From: Magallana gigas
Taxonomy: Eukaryota
Direction of reading: 5' to 3'
DNA: 64,000 bases
NCBI RefSeq assembly: GCF_963853765.1
Contig: NC_088854.1
Coordinates: 16,182,001 to 16,246,000 of the forward strand
Below, in pieces: positions 1-13,842 of this stretch. Under the pieces are notes generated by a model. It did no database searches. It had not been told where the DNA came from and worked only from the letters and a program-made list of their open reading frames with translations. The translations under genes were made by a program, and so were the position numbers. Numbering within the stretch: the first letter of the stretch is position 1; every line of letters begins with the position of its first letter.

Positions 1-217
1 TTAAAAGTGAAATGTAATTGTACAATACATCCAACGATCATTCTTGAAGCCCGTTTACCTTTTTAAAATGGGAGGAGCTATAAAATAATAAATTGAATTT
101 ATGTGTCTTGCTACGCTGGCTGCAATCAAGCGTGCACGTTTTACAACATCAACGGCGCTAATTTGTTCATAAAATTGGGATCGTTAGTGTACTATCAAAA
201 GATAGCTGACTTGATAC

Positions 218-325
218 TAGTATCTTATCAGGCCAGTGTATCTTCAAGATTCTCTTGAGGCATTTCCGATTGAACGTATCAAGCTTCTCCTGATCTTTTT
301 GGGTGGTATGCACATATGCCATAAA
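218..325 (-). mobile_element. Tiny degenerate RTE-clade LINE reverse-transcriptase fragment
   Basis: Minus strand reads TQKDQEKLDTFNRKC, then after a frameshift LKRILKIHWPDKI. This resembles the KLDxFxRxCLRRILxIxWPDKI motif of RTE elements. Confidence 0.5.
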
Positions 326-879
326 AGTGTATTTTAGCTTTTTTAAAACTTAAAAGCCAGTCCTTGATATGGATTTTGATAATGTGGGTAAATATGGAGT
401 ACTTGTAATCAAAATGCATTTTGGATGGGAAGTTAGTAAAGTTACTTATATCAACAGGTAGGGACACACTTAGAGATACATGTATATACATGATATATCC
501 ATCTGTAGAGATACATTTAGAAATATGTCTCTCACTTTGTAAATTGGCAATTATAAAATTGGATTACAAATATTCTTTCACTAAAATAATAATAGACAGA
601 TAGTGTACACATTTCATAGAAACTGTCTTATAGAGCGAGATGATACATAAAATTACAGTAGAATGATTGATTTTGGAAAAAATTTGAAAAAGTAAATATG
701 ATCATGATGCTGGTTCATAATGCACTTGTTCACACACACAGAACTACACATACAATTTATCTTACCATTTCTTCCTTCGTACATTGGTAATTATCTTAAC
801 ATAATTAAGCATTTTACATTTCTGGATCATGATAAACATTTTCTCACATTTTTTCTTATTTTATTTATTTTTTGAAATA

Positions 880-1467
880 TTTGTTGTTGAAAATGGATTT
901 TAAATGTTGCTAAGCAAACTTTGATTGACCAATTTCAACAAAAATGGGTCTCTGATTGTAACGCATCTAGTAAAGGATTGATCTATAACTTGTTTACCAA
1001 TAACACTTTTGTACCTAGAAATTACATAAACTCTGGTGCTTATATGAATAACATTACTACATTAGTTAGATTTAGAACAAGCAACCATAAACTGCGAATT
1101 GAGACAGGCAGATGGAACAATGTACCTAGAAATCAACGATTTTGTAATTTATGTAAAAATAACATTGGCGACGAATATCACTATATCATGATATGTCCAG
1201 AATTGAAAGAATATAGAAAAGCTTATTTACCATCAATGTATTTTAGACGACCAAATGCTTTCAAATTTTTTGAATTATTTTCATGTAAAAAATTAGCTGT
1301 TATTAATAACTTATGTAAATTCATCAATATTATTAATAAGAGAGTCAACTCTCCAGGTTGATGTGTACAGTATACACTCTTGCTTTTTGTTTAATATTGT
1401 ATGTATTGTATATTTTCTCTATGTTGTTTTATACAATATGAGAATAAATAAATGAAAATGAATGAAA
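880..1467 (+). mobile_element. 5'-truncated LINE 3' end (RTEX-like ORF2 C-terminus)
   Basis: ORF 921-1361 contains RFRTSNHKLRIETGRW...CNLC...GDEYHYIMICP, the Zn-knuckle-like ORF2 tail. It is followed by a short 3'UTR, AATAAA and a (TGAA/TGAAA) tail at ~1443-1467. Confidence 0.8.
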
Positions 1468-2374
1468 TATGATAAAAAGCAGGAACATTAATGTATTTGT
1501 ACTTTTATTCATTAAATGACCTGATTATTTTCATATTCGACAATCATAGGATTTTCTATGACTAGATGTGACTGAATTATCGATTAATTAAACAATATCT
1601 TTTCTGTTTTGTGTGTTTTGATAACATAATTTGAAATAAAGATAATTTGAAAATTGTGTTCTTTCACAACTTATGTTATAACCATATTAGAGAAAATTTG
1701 TTTTGGAATAAGCAAACCATTTACAGCTAATTCAATTCAATTTATTCTCTCAAACCATTATCATACAATGGTACATGAGGTACAATAACATATTTACATT
1801 AAATTGTGATGTCAATAAATAAAAGCTAATAAAACGTATAGCATTTGTATTTTAAATGGATACATAATTATATTATGATTAGTCTCATTATACTAGATTC
1901 TACTCTAGGTGACTTGTTAGATTTAAAAGGTGTCATGAGCATTGTTTTGTTCTGATGAGCGAAAACTAAATTTGTTGTTGTTGTTGTTCAAGTTGATGAC
2001 TGCATCTTTTGATAAAGATACATTTGAGGTTGAAATACATCATCTACTAAAACGGCAAAGCATACGGGGATTAGACGTCCATTTAATACATTATACATAG
2101 TTGAAAGATATGTTTCGTAGAAAACAATCGCTAAAGAGGGATAACTCACGTTAACCTTATTAAATATTAAAGATTGTATAAAATTAACAAAATCAACAAC
2201 CTGAATATCATATTTAACATGTTTTATACTGGGATTTACGCCAGTATGGTTGGCTTTTACATAGGTTCCATAAACGTTCTTCTTGACGAGCATTTGTTTC
2301 TGTTAGTTAAATTCGAAATTCCCTTACATATATCTTAAAACATTACATAACATCAAAGTAAATGATATGATAAT

Positions 2375-3304
2375 TTAAAGCATTTTAAAAAACAATATAT
2401 TCAAAACAAAAAATTGAACGACTTCAAAATATTTACAGTTCTGATGTACTGAAAGTCCCTTTGAATACTTTGCTAAGACGTTGTAACAGACAGAACCGCT
2501 GTAAAAACCCTCACTGGAAGCTTCCTGAAAAGTTGATAATCTCTGGAACAACGGTAGAGTCGTCCAATCGGTTTTTGTGTATTGTTTGCATGACGTGATG
2601 ACGTTACTTGAATCAACCTCTGCACAGCCTCGGTAAATTATGGTTGCTGTGAATTTTTCATCTGAAAAAATTCTCTGATTTGTAGTTTTTTAAATATCAA
2701 ATTTGATACATTGTAAAGTATAGATTATGTTAAAAAATGAAAAGCAACGTACCTGGTGCTGACTTTGACGAAAACGTGAGAGTTCCGTCACATACCACAC
2801 ATGCAGGTATCTTTGACTGTGAATTAGACGAGCAATCGGAGATCAGATTAGTATCCTCGGCTCCAGCGGTTCGACATCCTGCCTGTGTGCAGAAGGAAGA
2901 TATCAAACCATACAAAGAAAACCGGATCTGGGAATCCCGAATCCCAGAAAGGTCCTCATTGTACGCACACACACAGTTCAAACAAGACGTATTGCTACCT
3001 GTCAACAGAAATGTTTAACACAACAAATAGACATTCGGTTGAAAATTTTAAAACGTTTTGGTACTCCCAAAGTTGTTATTTTTCAAGTTTTGAAAACTAA
3101 TTTAAAACATTTTAGCTTTAATCTTACAGAAATTATATTACGTGATACATGATTATTTACCTTGAAAATTAAAAAAAGATATGTTCACTGATTTTTTTTT
3201 TCATATACAATATATCTTAATTGAATACAGCTTAAAATGATACCTGTTGTAATATTCCAAAGTAAGAAGCACAGATATATTTCTTTCATTTTGCCTTTCA
3301 TCAT
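2375..3304 (-). CDS. Ly6/three-finger-like, putatively GPI-anchored protein, paralog C (197 aa, 3 exons)
   Basis: Exons 3304-3244 (MMKGKMKEIYLCFLLWNITT, signal peptide), 2998-2753 (GSNTSCLNCVC...) and 2661-2375 (...IYRGCA...SC...SGSVC... hydrophobic tail FEVVQFFVLNILFFKML*). All introns are GT-AG, phase 1, and the frame is open. It aligns with the two paralogs below. The fold assignment is inference from Cys spacing. Confidence 0.75.
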
Positions 3305-4424
3305 GTGAACATTTCTTTCATGTCGATCCATGTATATATGGTTATTTAGCAAAATATTTTTTCTCCTCGTGTCCTTTTAACATTGGACATATGAGTTTTT
3401 TAACCCTTGATGAATCTTAAGTACAATTGCTTGTAATCGACAGGGAACGATTATTATTTTGATTTTACATATTATTTGATTTAATAGTATTAATGTTTAT
3501 TCAGACATAAAAGGTGAATAGGTCAATGCATTAAAGAGGGAAATCAGATGATTTGCTTTCCTTTTTTGAGGGGACTATACTTAATAAATAGCAAAAGAAG
3601 ATTATTCAAAGACGATTTTCTGAAAAGATAGGCCAAGTATATTCATATTTATTTTAAGAATACGTTTAAGAAAATCTTAATAATTTAATTGACATGCTGT
3701 ATGAAAACTGGCAAAGCAGTAAAACTTTTTGGAAAAAGGTTTATCAACAAATTTTTCAAACAGATTAAAATCTTGAAAGCAATAATTTGTTAAAAAAAAC
3801 TACAACACAACCTCTAAATGATAATCCTCTTCTTAAAGCTTTACTCGACACGTGGCATATTAATTTACAATTCAAACGAATCTTCAATTTATCTCCAGCA
3901 AAATTAAAAATCCACCATTTTTTAACGACTTTCAATACAAAACAACTGTCAAATTGAAAAATAATGATCATATTAAATGACAATGCTGAAACCATCTGTT
4001 ATAAAAGATGACACCCCTTTTTATTTCCGTTTTTTTTAAGTTAATTTATTATTCACTAAATTTTATAGTTTCATAGTAATTTGCTCCCTTTTCAAACTAT
4101 ACTCCCACGTGTACACATTTAATTATTGTCATTCCGTTGATGAAATCAGTATTACAATCAGATAACCCTCCCCCTTCCTGAAAAATTCAAATTTAAAATT
4201 ATATGCATGTACAGTGAAATGATCTAAAATAGGTCTTAGCCAGCCCATCCCGAAAAAGGCTATTCCTATTACATTGAACTCTCCCCTCGGAAAACTTTTC
4301 AGACCTGAGTAACTCAGGTTTCCTAAAAATTGTATTAAAAATTGGTTAGTTGCGATTTTGTTTCTACAGGACCCACGAAAACGAGCCATTCAGACATTTC
4401 TTGCGCGTATGTTTTTTAATTTAC

Positions 4425-4760
4425 TCGTGAAGTAAACTATATACTGACTCAATAAGAATATTCAAAACTATGTTGCAAAATGTCATCTTGCAGTTTTACG
4501 CAAATTCTTTATCAAGGGTCAAAGATATATGTGTCGAATGTTTGCTAGTTATGTAATCTTTTACATTCCATCATGCATTGCGATTCTCTTAATAACAGAA
4601 TCAATTACGTCCTATTTGTAAATAGACTACCCTTGTCATCTTTTATAAATGCATTAATTTTAATATACTACATGTATTAACAACAACAACAAAAACTTAA
4701 TATACTATTTAAACACCATAATTTATTCTAATAAAACTTTGTTATTTTAAATTCAAATAA
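4425..4760 (-). pseudogene. Orphan relic of exon 1 plus upstream region of a paralog-A/B-type Ly6-like gene
   Basis: ATG at 4486 reads MTFCNIVLNILIESVY, homologous to MALCNIFLKSLIFIQSVNS (19646). Sequence at 4490-4760 resembles 12170-12400 and 19650-19860. There is no strong phase-1 donor. Confidence 0.6.
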
Positions 4761-5039
4761 ACGTGAATTTTCGATAACTGACATGGTCAGTATAGAGGCA
4801 AATCAGAATATTGACATACTCGCTGTAGGAATCACGTACGCGTTAAAAAGCAATGAACCAAATTAGCAAGGAAAATAATTTAAATGCACTAAATAGGTCT
4901 TTTAAATATGTAAATAAAAAATCAATTAAAAGGAAAAATAAAATCCTTATTTAAAAGTATTAATCTTTTTTTTTTGGGGGGGGGGGGGGAGGGGGGGGGG
5001 GGAGAGGGGTTAGTAAAAGTACAGTGTAAGTATGGTCTT

Positions 5040-5923
5040 AATTTTTGCGTCGTCGTTTTCTTGTAAACTACAAGGTTAATTGTTACCATTTTTAGTGTGA
5101 AGCAATTCTATGGTAGTAAATCTAAATTGGAAAATTAATTTCTCCACCACCCTTGTATGCCATAGGCTGGGTCAAATGTGCAAAAAATTCAAATTTTCTA
5201 GAACCTTAATTCTCTCCTCGGAAACATGTGGGGAAAATATTGAATGCATTGTTATGATTTACCAAAATTGTGAAATTTTGTGGCCTATGGGTCAGGGGTT
5301 ACGGCCCAAGGTGTGGCCAATATCGCCATATAGTAAAAATATATCAAAACTTATAAAATCTTCTTCCCTACTCCCGTACATATTTGAAATAAAACTAAAT
5401 CCATGGTTCTAATTTCTAAGAAGTCCTTTACCTAAAGTGCAAAATCAATGGTCACTGGAACAGGTGACAGGGCGGAGCCAATATCGCCATATAGATAAAT
5501 TCAATTCTTATAAAATCTTCTGTACTCCAATGCATGTTTGTGGAAAACTTAACGCTTAGTAATGATCTCCTTTACCTAAATTGCAAAATTAATTGTCCAT
5601 AAAACAGGGACCCAGGCCCTTGGACGGGGCCAATATGGCTATATTTTTTTAAAAATATTTAAAATATTAAAAAAATTCTTCTCTACTTCATATGTATTTA
5701 AGGAGAGCTAAATGCATGGTTATGATTCCTCCATTTCTTAACACCCCCTTTTTCATGAATAAAATAAATGTTTTTCAAAGATCAAATAATAAAAGTTGCA
5801 GTAACAGTCGATGGAATCTCAGATTAGGGTTCATATTTCAAAATGAATCTTAAAATACAAACACAAAACTCTTTGATATGTCATTCTACTCAAGTGACCG
5901 TCGAGGCCTGTGTGCATCTTGTT
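5040..5923 (+). mobile_element. Degenerate non-autonomous Helentron (HINE)-like element
   Basis: Decayed ~160-170-bp units (aaaatcttct...). The 3' end caagtgaccgtcgaggcctgtgtgcatcttgtt resembles the HINE subTIR + palindrome terminus. Confidence 0.55.
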
Positions 5924-6639
5924 TTATGTTTTATGACAACTATACTTGGTGTAGAGGAAATCAATGAGCAGGAAAAATGAATATTCAATAACTTTTGGAT
6001 ACGAATTAAAATGATACTTGAAGCATGTTTTTTTTTTAATAAATGAGTTATTGAAGGATTCCATTTGCATTTGCCTTAAGTTTTTTGTAACAAATACCAT
6101 TATAAATCAAGAAAATGAAATCTGGATTTTTATGGTCCAAAAATTTAAGAGTTATTAAACCGATATTATGAATGTTTTGCTAAACTTATAAATGAGGAGA
6201 GATTACTACTGAATATAAAACAAAGGTTGAACGAAGGCCTCGATTTGTATGATTTAAAACAAGAAGCCCATTTGCCATATTGCTTACCTGAAAAATAGTG
6301 ATTGCACGATTCTATTTCGAAATGTTTATAAATGAAACTCATTAAGAATATTGTAAAACTCATATTCCAGGATCTGATAATACATTAAACGATAAATCAA
6401 TAAATCAAAGAAGCATTTTTGGACATTATATCCCAAGATCTAAGATCTAAGATGCATCAATTGACCAACTTTATTATCCTAAGCCTTAATGTATTAAAGA
6501 TAACAAAAAATGTAAAATGGACTATATATAATAATGAAAAATAGGTGGAAAAAGTTACCGTGACCATAATATGGGGATATGAAGATATGAAGGTGCTTAC
6601 ATAGTAAAATAACTTAACGTAGCATTGTTTTTCATGAGA

Positions 6640-7600
6640 AGAAGATTTTTCAACATATTTCCTATAAACTTCTACGTTGTGCTTTGAACCCTTCCTTCGG
6701 TCCCTGCATTGGTTTGCGGGTCATGGTTTTTACCATTTAAATTCTACACTATTTGAGGATGCTTGCAAAGTAATCCCACACATTGTAGTGTTGTAGTTAT
6801 TGAGTAGAAGATTTCAAAACATTATCCCTATATCTTTCTTTGTTTAACTTTGAACCCTCCGAGGGCCCCGGTATTGGCCTGGGGGTCACGGTTTGAACAA
6901 ATCCTCATTATCTGAGGAGACTTGCATAGTAATCTCACAAATTGTAGCATATAAGTTATTAATAAGAAGGTTTTAATCATTTCCCTATATAATTATATAT
7001 TGGTTTTTGAACTTCTCCTGGTGTCCCAGTTAAGCCTGGGGGTCACGGTTTTAAAGCTTTAAAATCATTTTCCCTATACAATTCTACAATGTATATTGTT
7101 TTTAACCCCTCTTGGGCCTGGGGGTTACGGTTGTAATGATTGAAAACACTATATGATGATACTTGCATATTAATTTTACAAATTGTAGCATTGTAGTTTT
7201 TGATAAGAAGTGTTTTAATCATTTTTCCTATTTATTTTTATCTAGAGCTTTCAAGCCCTTTTGGGTCCTCATTATTTGATTAAGTAATCTCACAAATTGT
7301 AGCTTTGTATCTCTTTTATGCAAAACTTTGACCCAAGTATTGGTCCAGGGGTCTTAATTTGAACAATTTTGAATATACACCGTATACATACAAACATTGA
7401 TATAAATATTGTCATTTAAGACACACACGCTATTTTCACTGTTTCGTAATTATCACATATATATAAAAGGTTTCGCCCTTCATTTTAACGATTTTGAATC
7501 CCCTTCCCATCAGGGTGCTTTGGTTAAATGTAGCCTAGAATTACCAGTAAAGAAGACAATAATGTGAACATTTTACAGACAAACAACCTTCTTCTGTAAG
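6640..7600 (-). repeat. Degenerate tandem-repeat array, probably another HINE core
   Basis: Recurrent ggggtcacggtt, tcacaaattgtagc and ttccctata motifs at roughly 150-170-bp spacing. Confidence 0.45.
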
Positions 7601-7869
7601 TGATTTCCAAAATTAAAACGTTGTCATATCCATTTTTTGGTTTAGGCCAAATCCTACATTTTTTAGATTATCATATTTTTCTATTACGCCTGCAGTTTCA
7701 TACAAGCTATGACTAGTTGCCATTAGAAGGAATGTCAATTGTTTTGATACCTTTAATTTTAAATCTTCAATAACAATAAAAAAAAAATGCAATATTTGAA
7801 ATGTTTATATTTGTCTTTGTTTAATAATAAATTTTTCTCTCGAAATTTTATCTGCAAAAAATTACTTAA

Positions 7870-8620
7870 AAAGGCATACCTGTTGTGATATTTTAAGGTA
7901 AATACACATTGATAGTCGTTTGATTTTGCATTTCATTCTACTAACACTAACAGTGAATATTTCGGTCTACTTGTTAAGATGGTTCTTTTTCATATTTTTT
8001 TCTTTTAAACCCCGTGTCCCTTTGACTTTGAATACCTGATGTTTTTAAGCTTTGGTGAATCTTTTAAGTAAAATTGACTGCAATCGACCATGAACGATTC
8101 TTATTTTGATCTTTACATATCATTTCATTTTATTAAGATATGGAAGTTGAATAGGTCAGTACATAGGAGAAGGGAATCAAATGATCTGTTTTCCAAAGGA
8201 GAAATATCTGATGAACAGCTATACTAGATTTTTTAAGGACGATTTTCAATAAAATTGGATCAGGTATACTGGTATTAATTTATCAGTTGGTTTAAGAAAA
8301 TCTTATAGCTTGATTGACATGATGCATGAAAACTTGTTAAGCAGTTATAACTTGTCAAATTTTCCCGAACTGATAAAAAACTTTATTGATTTTAATTTTT
8401 AATGATTGGTCAAAAACAAAGACACATGTACAACTTCTAATAATAACCGTCTTTGTTCTTTGGATAGCTTTGCTCGACAGATTGGTTTACAATTCAAACT
8501 TACATTATGATATATTTATCTACAGCAGTAGAGTAGCACTACTCTTTTAACGATCTTCGTTGCAAAACAAACTGTCGTATCGGAAAAAAATGTTCATTCG
8601 AAACAAAAATTAAATTACAT
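7870..8620 (-). pseudogene. Orphan, frameshifted duplicate of paralog C exon 1 and its upstream region
   Basis: 7870-8620 is collinear with 3235-3990. The exon copy ATGAAATGCAAAATC...ACAACAG|GTATG is 57 nt, against 58 nt for the homologous stretch of paralog C, so the phase is shifted. No matching exons 2-3 were seen downstream. Confidence 0.65.
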
Positions 8621-9605
8621 TGCTTAAACTATACATGTATTTAGATGACGAGATTCGTAATTATAAGCCTATTAAGAGAGTTCTACTAAGAGAGGTGTAA
8701 TTAAATATTATTTGTCAAAAAAATACATTGCAATGACAAATAACAACAAAACGCTTTTTTGATTATAAGTTTTATTAGCTTTCTCTAGAACAATCTAAAT
8801 CAGCTTACTAATATATACCACTAATGCAACTGCATGCATGTGGGTACATTATTTTAGGCTGCAAGTATATTCAGACGAAAACAATATCAGAAAAGGGATG
8901 GAAATAGACACGTATATTACTTTTTCATTCTGTTTAATATATCTATGAAATAGCGAATAAATAATAATGACTTTATAGCACTACAATTTTACGTGAAATA
9001 TTTGGCAAAGGGGACGGGAAAGGGGTTAACATTATAGATACTTACATGTATGTAGAGGCAAGCAAGTTCCCGTATTTTAATTAAAAAATATTCTTATTTT
9101 TGTAAAAGGTTCTAATTTTTCCCCCCTAAAGACCACCTTTTGGTGGAGGCATTAAAGATTTAATATTTCAAATAAGGTATTGAAACTATAAAATTTTAAC
9201 AAATGTTTAGCTAGTCGTAGACATTTTAGATTATATTCGTTTCCTTCCTATAAAAGGGTTCCGTATAAAGATTAACAAACATATTTAAATTTTAACCCCA
9301 AAGATTTTTTTCTTACTTGATCTTATGTGAAATTTTAATTTAAATATAATAGGTAATTTTCTTATCATGAAGCCTCCTTAATTACTATCCTACTTCATTA
9401 ATTCGAATTTCTGTCTTTCATTTTTTACTATATCATAAGTATCATTAGCTCCAACAGATAGGATGTAAAAATGATGATTTACTTGTCAATCTGTTATAGT
9501 AAGGCAAATGGTATTCTATTTTGGTAATGAAAACAATTCCAATAATGCAAACGATAATAATACGTTATATTCATGCTAATTTTCTTCTTCTAAAAAGTCA
9601 GCTGT

Positions 9606-12166
9606 CTACAGGAGTCTCCAAGATGATAAAATGTGTAAAAAAAGGACGGCGGTGAGCATGAGCGGTTCCGGAGTTTCTGTGATTGACGCTCCTCTATGGA
9701 TATCGGTTATGCAGACCTGACCGGTGAATTCTCCAGCTGATACCAATGTGTGCAGGAGAGTAAACGATGAATTCCATGGTATGCTCATCATATTTTTCTT
9801 TGTTTCAATATGACACCCACTTTCCCAATCGGTCTGATTAGCACAATCTCTGTGAACCACGTCACTTGTTACATGGACACCTACAATGTGCAAAATTAAC
9901 CTATGTTCTTGGCATCAAAATTGTTTTTTAAAAAAATGTGAAATTTTAACCTCAGTGAAAAAAGGATCTATTTAATGTATTTAAGGATTTTCATATGGCT
10001 TGAATTTTTCTTCACGAGACCTTTTCTTTATTTCTAGAGCTGACGATTGAATTTTACAACTGGATAGGAAATGGAGCGATAACCTCACCTGGTAATCCAA
10101 CTAGCTCTGTAAATATCAAAGATCCGGTTATATTCAAACAACCAGTACGAACAGAGTCCAAGGGCTCCTGGCAGGTGGCGTCCGACACCTGTGTAGCGCT
10201 GCTTCCCAGGGTGGCTGTGTTACACGACGCTGCAGAGTACGAGGACGATATCACACCATCCATCACTGCCAAGGTGGGAGCATCAGTGATCTGAGAGAGA
10301 TCCACGTTGCTGAGATACGTACATTTTACACAGGACAGACTCAGTCCTAAAACAAAAGATATAGTATCAACTACTAAACTCAGATTGTCAACATAATAAC
10401 TAAATTTTTGCTTACTTTTGATACTATAGTAGTATGCAGAGGCAATTGAAGAAAAATTAGCTCTTCCAAAAACTTATTCGATGCTCTTTTCACTTAATGT
10501 TTATTTTATATTATGATTAAATTTTAAGTAAGGGTGAAGTGCGGCGATATTGTACGTTTGAGAATAAGAATTTTAACATTTCTTGAACTGGCTTGTTACT
10601 GCCTGAAACTGACCAAAAATGTTTTCAAAAGATATGAAAGCAATAAATATGAAGTCCTACATGTTATTTGATTGAAAAGTGTGCATACAAGAACAGGACA
10701 ATGCCTTTTTAATCACTCAGAACAGCTGCAGCTACAGACTTTTTTTTTTGAAGATTTAAAAATCTGAAAAAATATGAAAGGGGTTCATTGGTCTCCTCTC
10801 TACAACCATTTATTAAAAAAGTTAGAATTTTGCTAATTTCAGTTGTAACAGATATTCACAGAATCTGCAATGAATTTTAACAAAAGGTCCACAGACCTTG
10901 GCGGTTACCTGTGTACCATAGCCCGTGTAGAGAGCTGCATTTAAATGCTTCATTTGGAGTCAAGTTCCTGATTCGAGACGTCTGTGACTATTTTATTTAA
11001 TTTTTGCAAACATCAGGGTATAAGAATGACGATTGTCGGATAATTCTGGGACTATCTATACAATAGATCCAGGAACCAAAATTTGTAACCTTCCAATTTT
11101 AAGAGACATGAGTCAAGTTCATCGCACATTCTCAGGTCATAATATTTAAGTGAAGTTGGAAATTCCGATGTATCTCCAAAAGAAAGGTTAAAGCAAACAC
11201 AAATTATGGACTTTTTTTCAATAACCTTGAATTTGTTTGCAATAAGAACTTCAAATGTTCCTCAATAAGAAAATAAAAAATAGTCACCAATTTTGCACTT
11301 TTCCTTCCAGTGACCTTAACATGCGACAAAGACATATGAGTCAAAATCATGCCACACCCTCAGGTCATAAGCAACATTTGTTTGCAGTAAACTTTCCTCC
11401 ACAAGAAAGATATAGACCAGAGACAAATTTCCACTTTTCCCTCCAGTTACCTTGAACTTTCCAAATGACCTTCGGTCAAAATTATGACAAATTCTCAGGT
11501 CTTAATCAATCTTCGTGTAAAGTAAGAACTCCCCATGTTTTCTAAGAAAAAAATGAACCGGTCACAATTGCACAGACAGACGGACAAGGTGTTACCATCC
11601 CCCTCCTTCAAACTTTGTTTGTGGAGGAGATATAAAAATGTCACATTGTAAACGGACGATGCACTTTCTTTTATCCGAAAGTTGAATGTAAGAATATTCA
11701 ACAGTAAATGAAAAGTAATATTTTTGAATTTAAAATATACTTAATGACCATGAAAATGTGTAATTATAAAATATGTATCAATATTATGAAATAAGTACTC
11801 GAAAATGGTATCAAAAGCATACTTTGAAGTTAATATATTGCATGCATGTACAATACAAGCCTATATATCATTCTAATCACAATGTTTCCGTACAAAGCCC
11901 CCGTACGTCTTCTAATTAAGAAAACTAAATACTAACAAAGGCGTTTATTTCCACTACTTATGTTATAGTGCAGGTGTGTTTGGGGGATGGTTGTATGCTG
12001 CAATATTTGTATTCTCCATGCTTTTTGACAAAAATTACCAATATTTTTAAATAATTAACGAAATCATTTTACTTACACGTAAATATATTGAAGTGTTAAC
12101 ATACATACCTGAATTCACAGACAGAATAAAAATCAAACTTCTTAAGAATATGTTACACAAAATCAT
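9606..12166 (-). CDS. Ly6/three-finger-like, putatively GPI-anchored protein, paralog A (196 aa, 3 exons)
   Basis: Exons 12166-12109 (MILCNIFLRSLIFILSVNS), 10346-10089 (GLSLSCVKCTY...) and 9880-9606 (VHRDC...GC...GQVCITD...hydrophobic tail LMLTAVLFLHILSSWRLL*). Introns are GT-AG, phase 1/1. There are 8 Cys in the mature region. Confidence 0.8.
10878..11640 (-). mobile_element. Non-autonomous Helentron (HINE)-like element in intron 1 of paralog A
   Basis: Reverse-oriented terminal palindrome (aacaaaaggtccacagaccttggcggttacctg), a gacagacagacggac microsatellite at ~11570 and a terminal hairpin at ~11600-11630. Confidence 0.55.
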
Positions 12167-13842
12167 CTTGCAAATTCGAGTATCAGAGACAGCTGTGTGA
12201 AATGGTTTATATGTACGCCAAGCCATGTATTACTACCATCTCGATAGTAAAATCGATTTCACAATTTGGTCATTTCTGTATAAGATTTAACTCTCATTTT
12301 ATTATATATTGTAGTTATATAAACAATCAAAACAGAATGTTCTATACATGCAATTTAAGCTTCACTTCACTTAAGTAATTATTAAAGGTTTCTGTTATTT
12401 TGACTTCAAATACTTCAGAATTTTCAGAATCGTTAATTGTGAAATCAATAGTGAAACTAGAAAAATATTGCTGTAATCGGAACGTTGAAACACTAATATG
12501 AAAAAAAACCCTGATGCATGCAAAAAGAGCGTTATGTTCTCTTAGAATTGACCTATATGACTAATGTAACTTTTAAGGAATCAATTTTATTTTTTATACT
12601 TTCTTGACATCATTTGCAGTAATGTACATTTAAATTAAAATTACATTCGTAATAAATGCACATTTAAGTTAAAATTATATTCGTAAATTCAATTTGATTT
12701 TTTAATATATCGGCAATCTAAGAAACTTTGTGGTAAATATGAATTATAATTTGCATAACAAATGTGTGGGTAAGCAATAAATGGAAATTAAAGATGGTAA
12801 ACAGCAAAAATGCTACTTCACATCAATTGTACTGTAAACTAAGTATTGTTTTGTGCTATATTATAGAACTAGCATTTTTTTTTACTTTGTTATGTTGTTT
12901 TCTTGCGATGATAGTTATGATTTCAACACCATCAGGATTACGTTGTATATGTTGCTGTATAATGGTGGTAGACCTATTTGCAATTGGTTTATAATCTTAT
13001 CTGAAATCACCCTTTTAGAACATTAAAAAACCCTGTTTTATGATGTCGGCTGTGAAAATGTTTTGCTTAAAACTGCTTTTGCAGATGAAATTAATGAGGA
13101 TTTGCCTGTGCATTTTGATATTTTTGTTAAAATCCCCCCTATCAGGGAAATTCAAACAAAATGGCGAGTAATGTTTAAAAAAAAGAATTTTCATATCTTT
13201 GACAGCGTGAAACTGTAATTAACCCAATTCATTCCTTAGAAATCATTCAGACTTGTTCAGTGTCCTTAGTTATTTTATCACGAAGTAATACAACTCAGGA
13301 AAAACAATATCTGTTTTAAAGTCAACATTTACATTTTTCTTTTTTAATATAATTTGTGTGCTTCTTTGCTCAAGACATTTTATGTAATGAGTGTGGTAAT
13401 ACATCTTTCTGGGTACATCAAATGATCGCAGAATGCCAGAATCTTAAAAATGGAGTGGCTTCCTATTATTTAATGTATTAGCTTTACAGCCTTGTATGTC
13501 TTATGTACTCTCATTAAGGGTGATGTCATGAAACGCATTTCATTGCAAACTTGTGCAAACTTGACGTTTTTAGAGTGTGACAAAGAACAAGATTACCATG
13601 TGATGTTTAAATATATGATATGTAAACTTAAACTGCCTCTATGACTTGATATGACGTTTAATTTCAAGTTTGAAGTAGATGTATATATTTGTGCGAAGAA
13701 CAATTTCAACATTGTTTAGCCAAGATCGGTACTTTCCACCTTAGCTATAGCTTGCATGGTCATTGTTTACGCAAAGAGCCCGACATATAATCATAAAAAC
13801 TACAAATGTTTAACCACATATTAAGAACAAAATACTGTTAAT

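Noticed and set aside
1988-2293. 101-aa minus-strand ORF
   Set aside because: No recognisable motif or splice support. It lies just 3' of Ly6-like paralog C and is probably UTR or chance.
2737-3018. 93-aa plus-strand ORF
   Set aside because: It is the antisense shadow of paralog C exon 2.
4965-5010. T-run followed by long G-runs
   Set aside because: Simple homopolymer or low-complexity sequence at a repeat edge, and prone to sequencing error.
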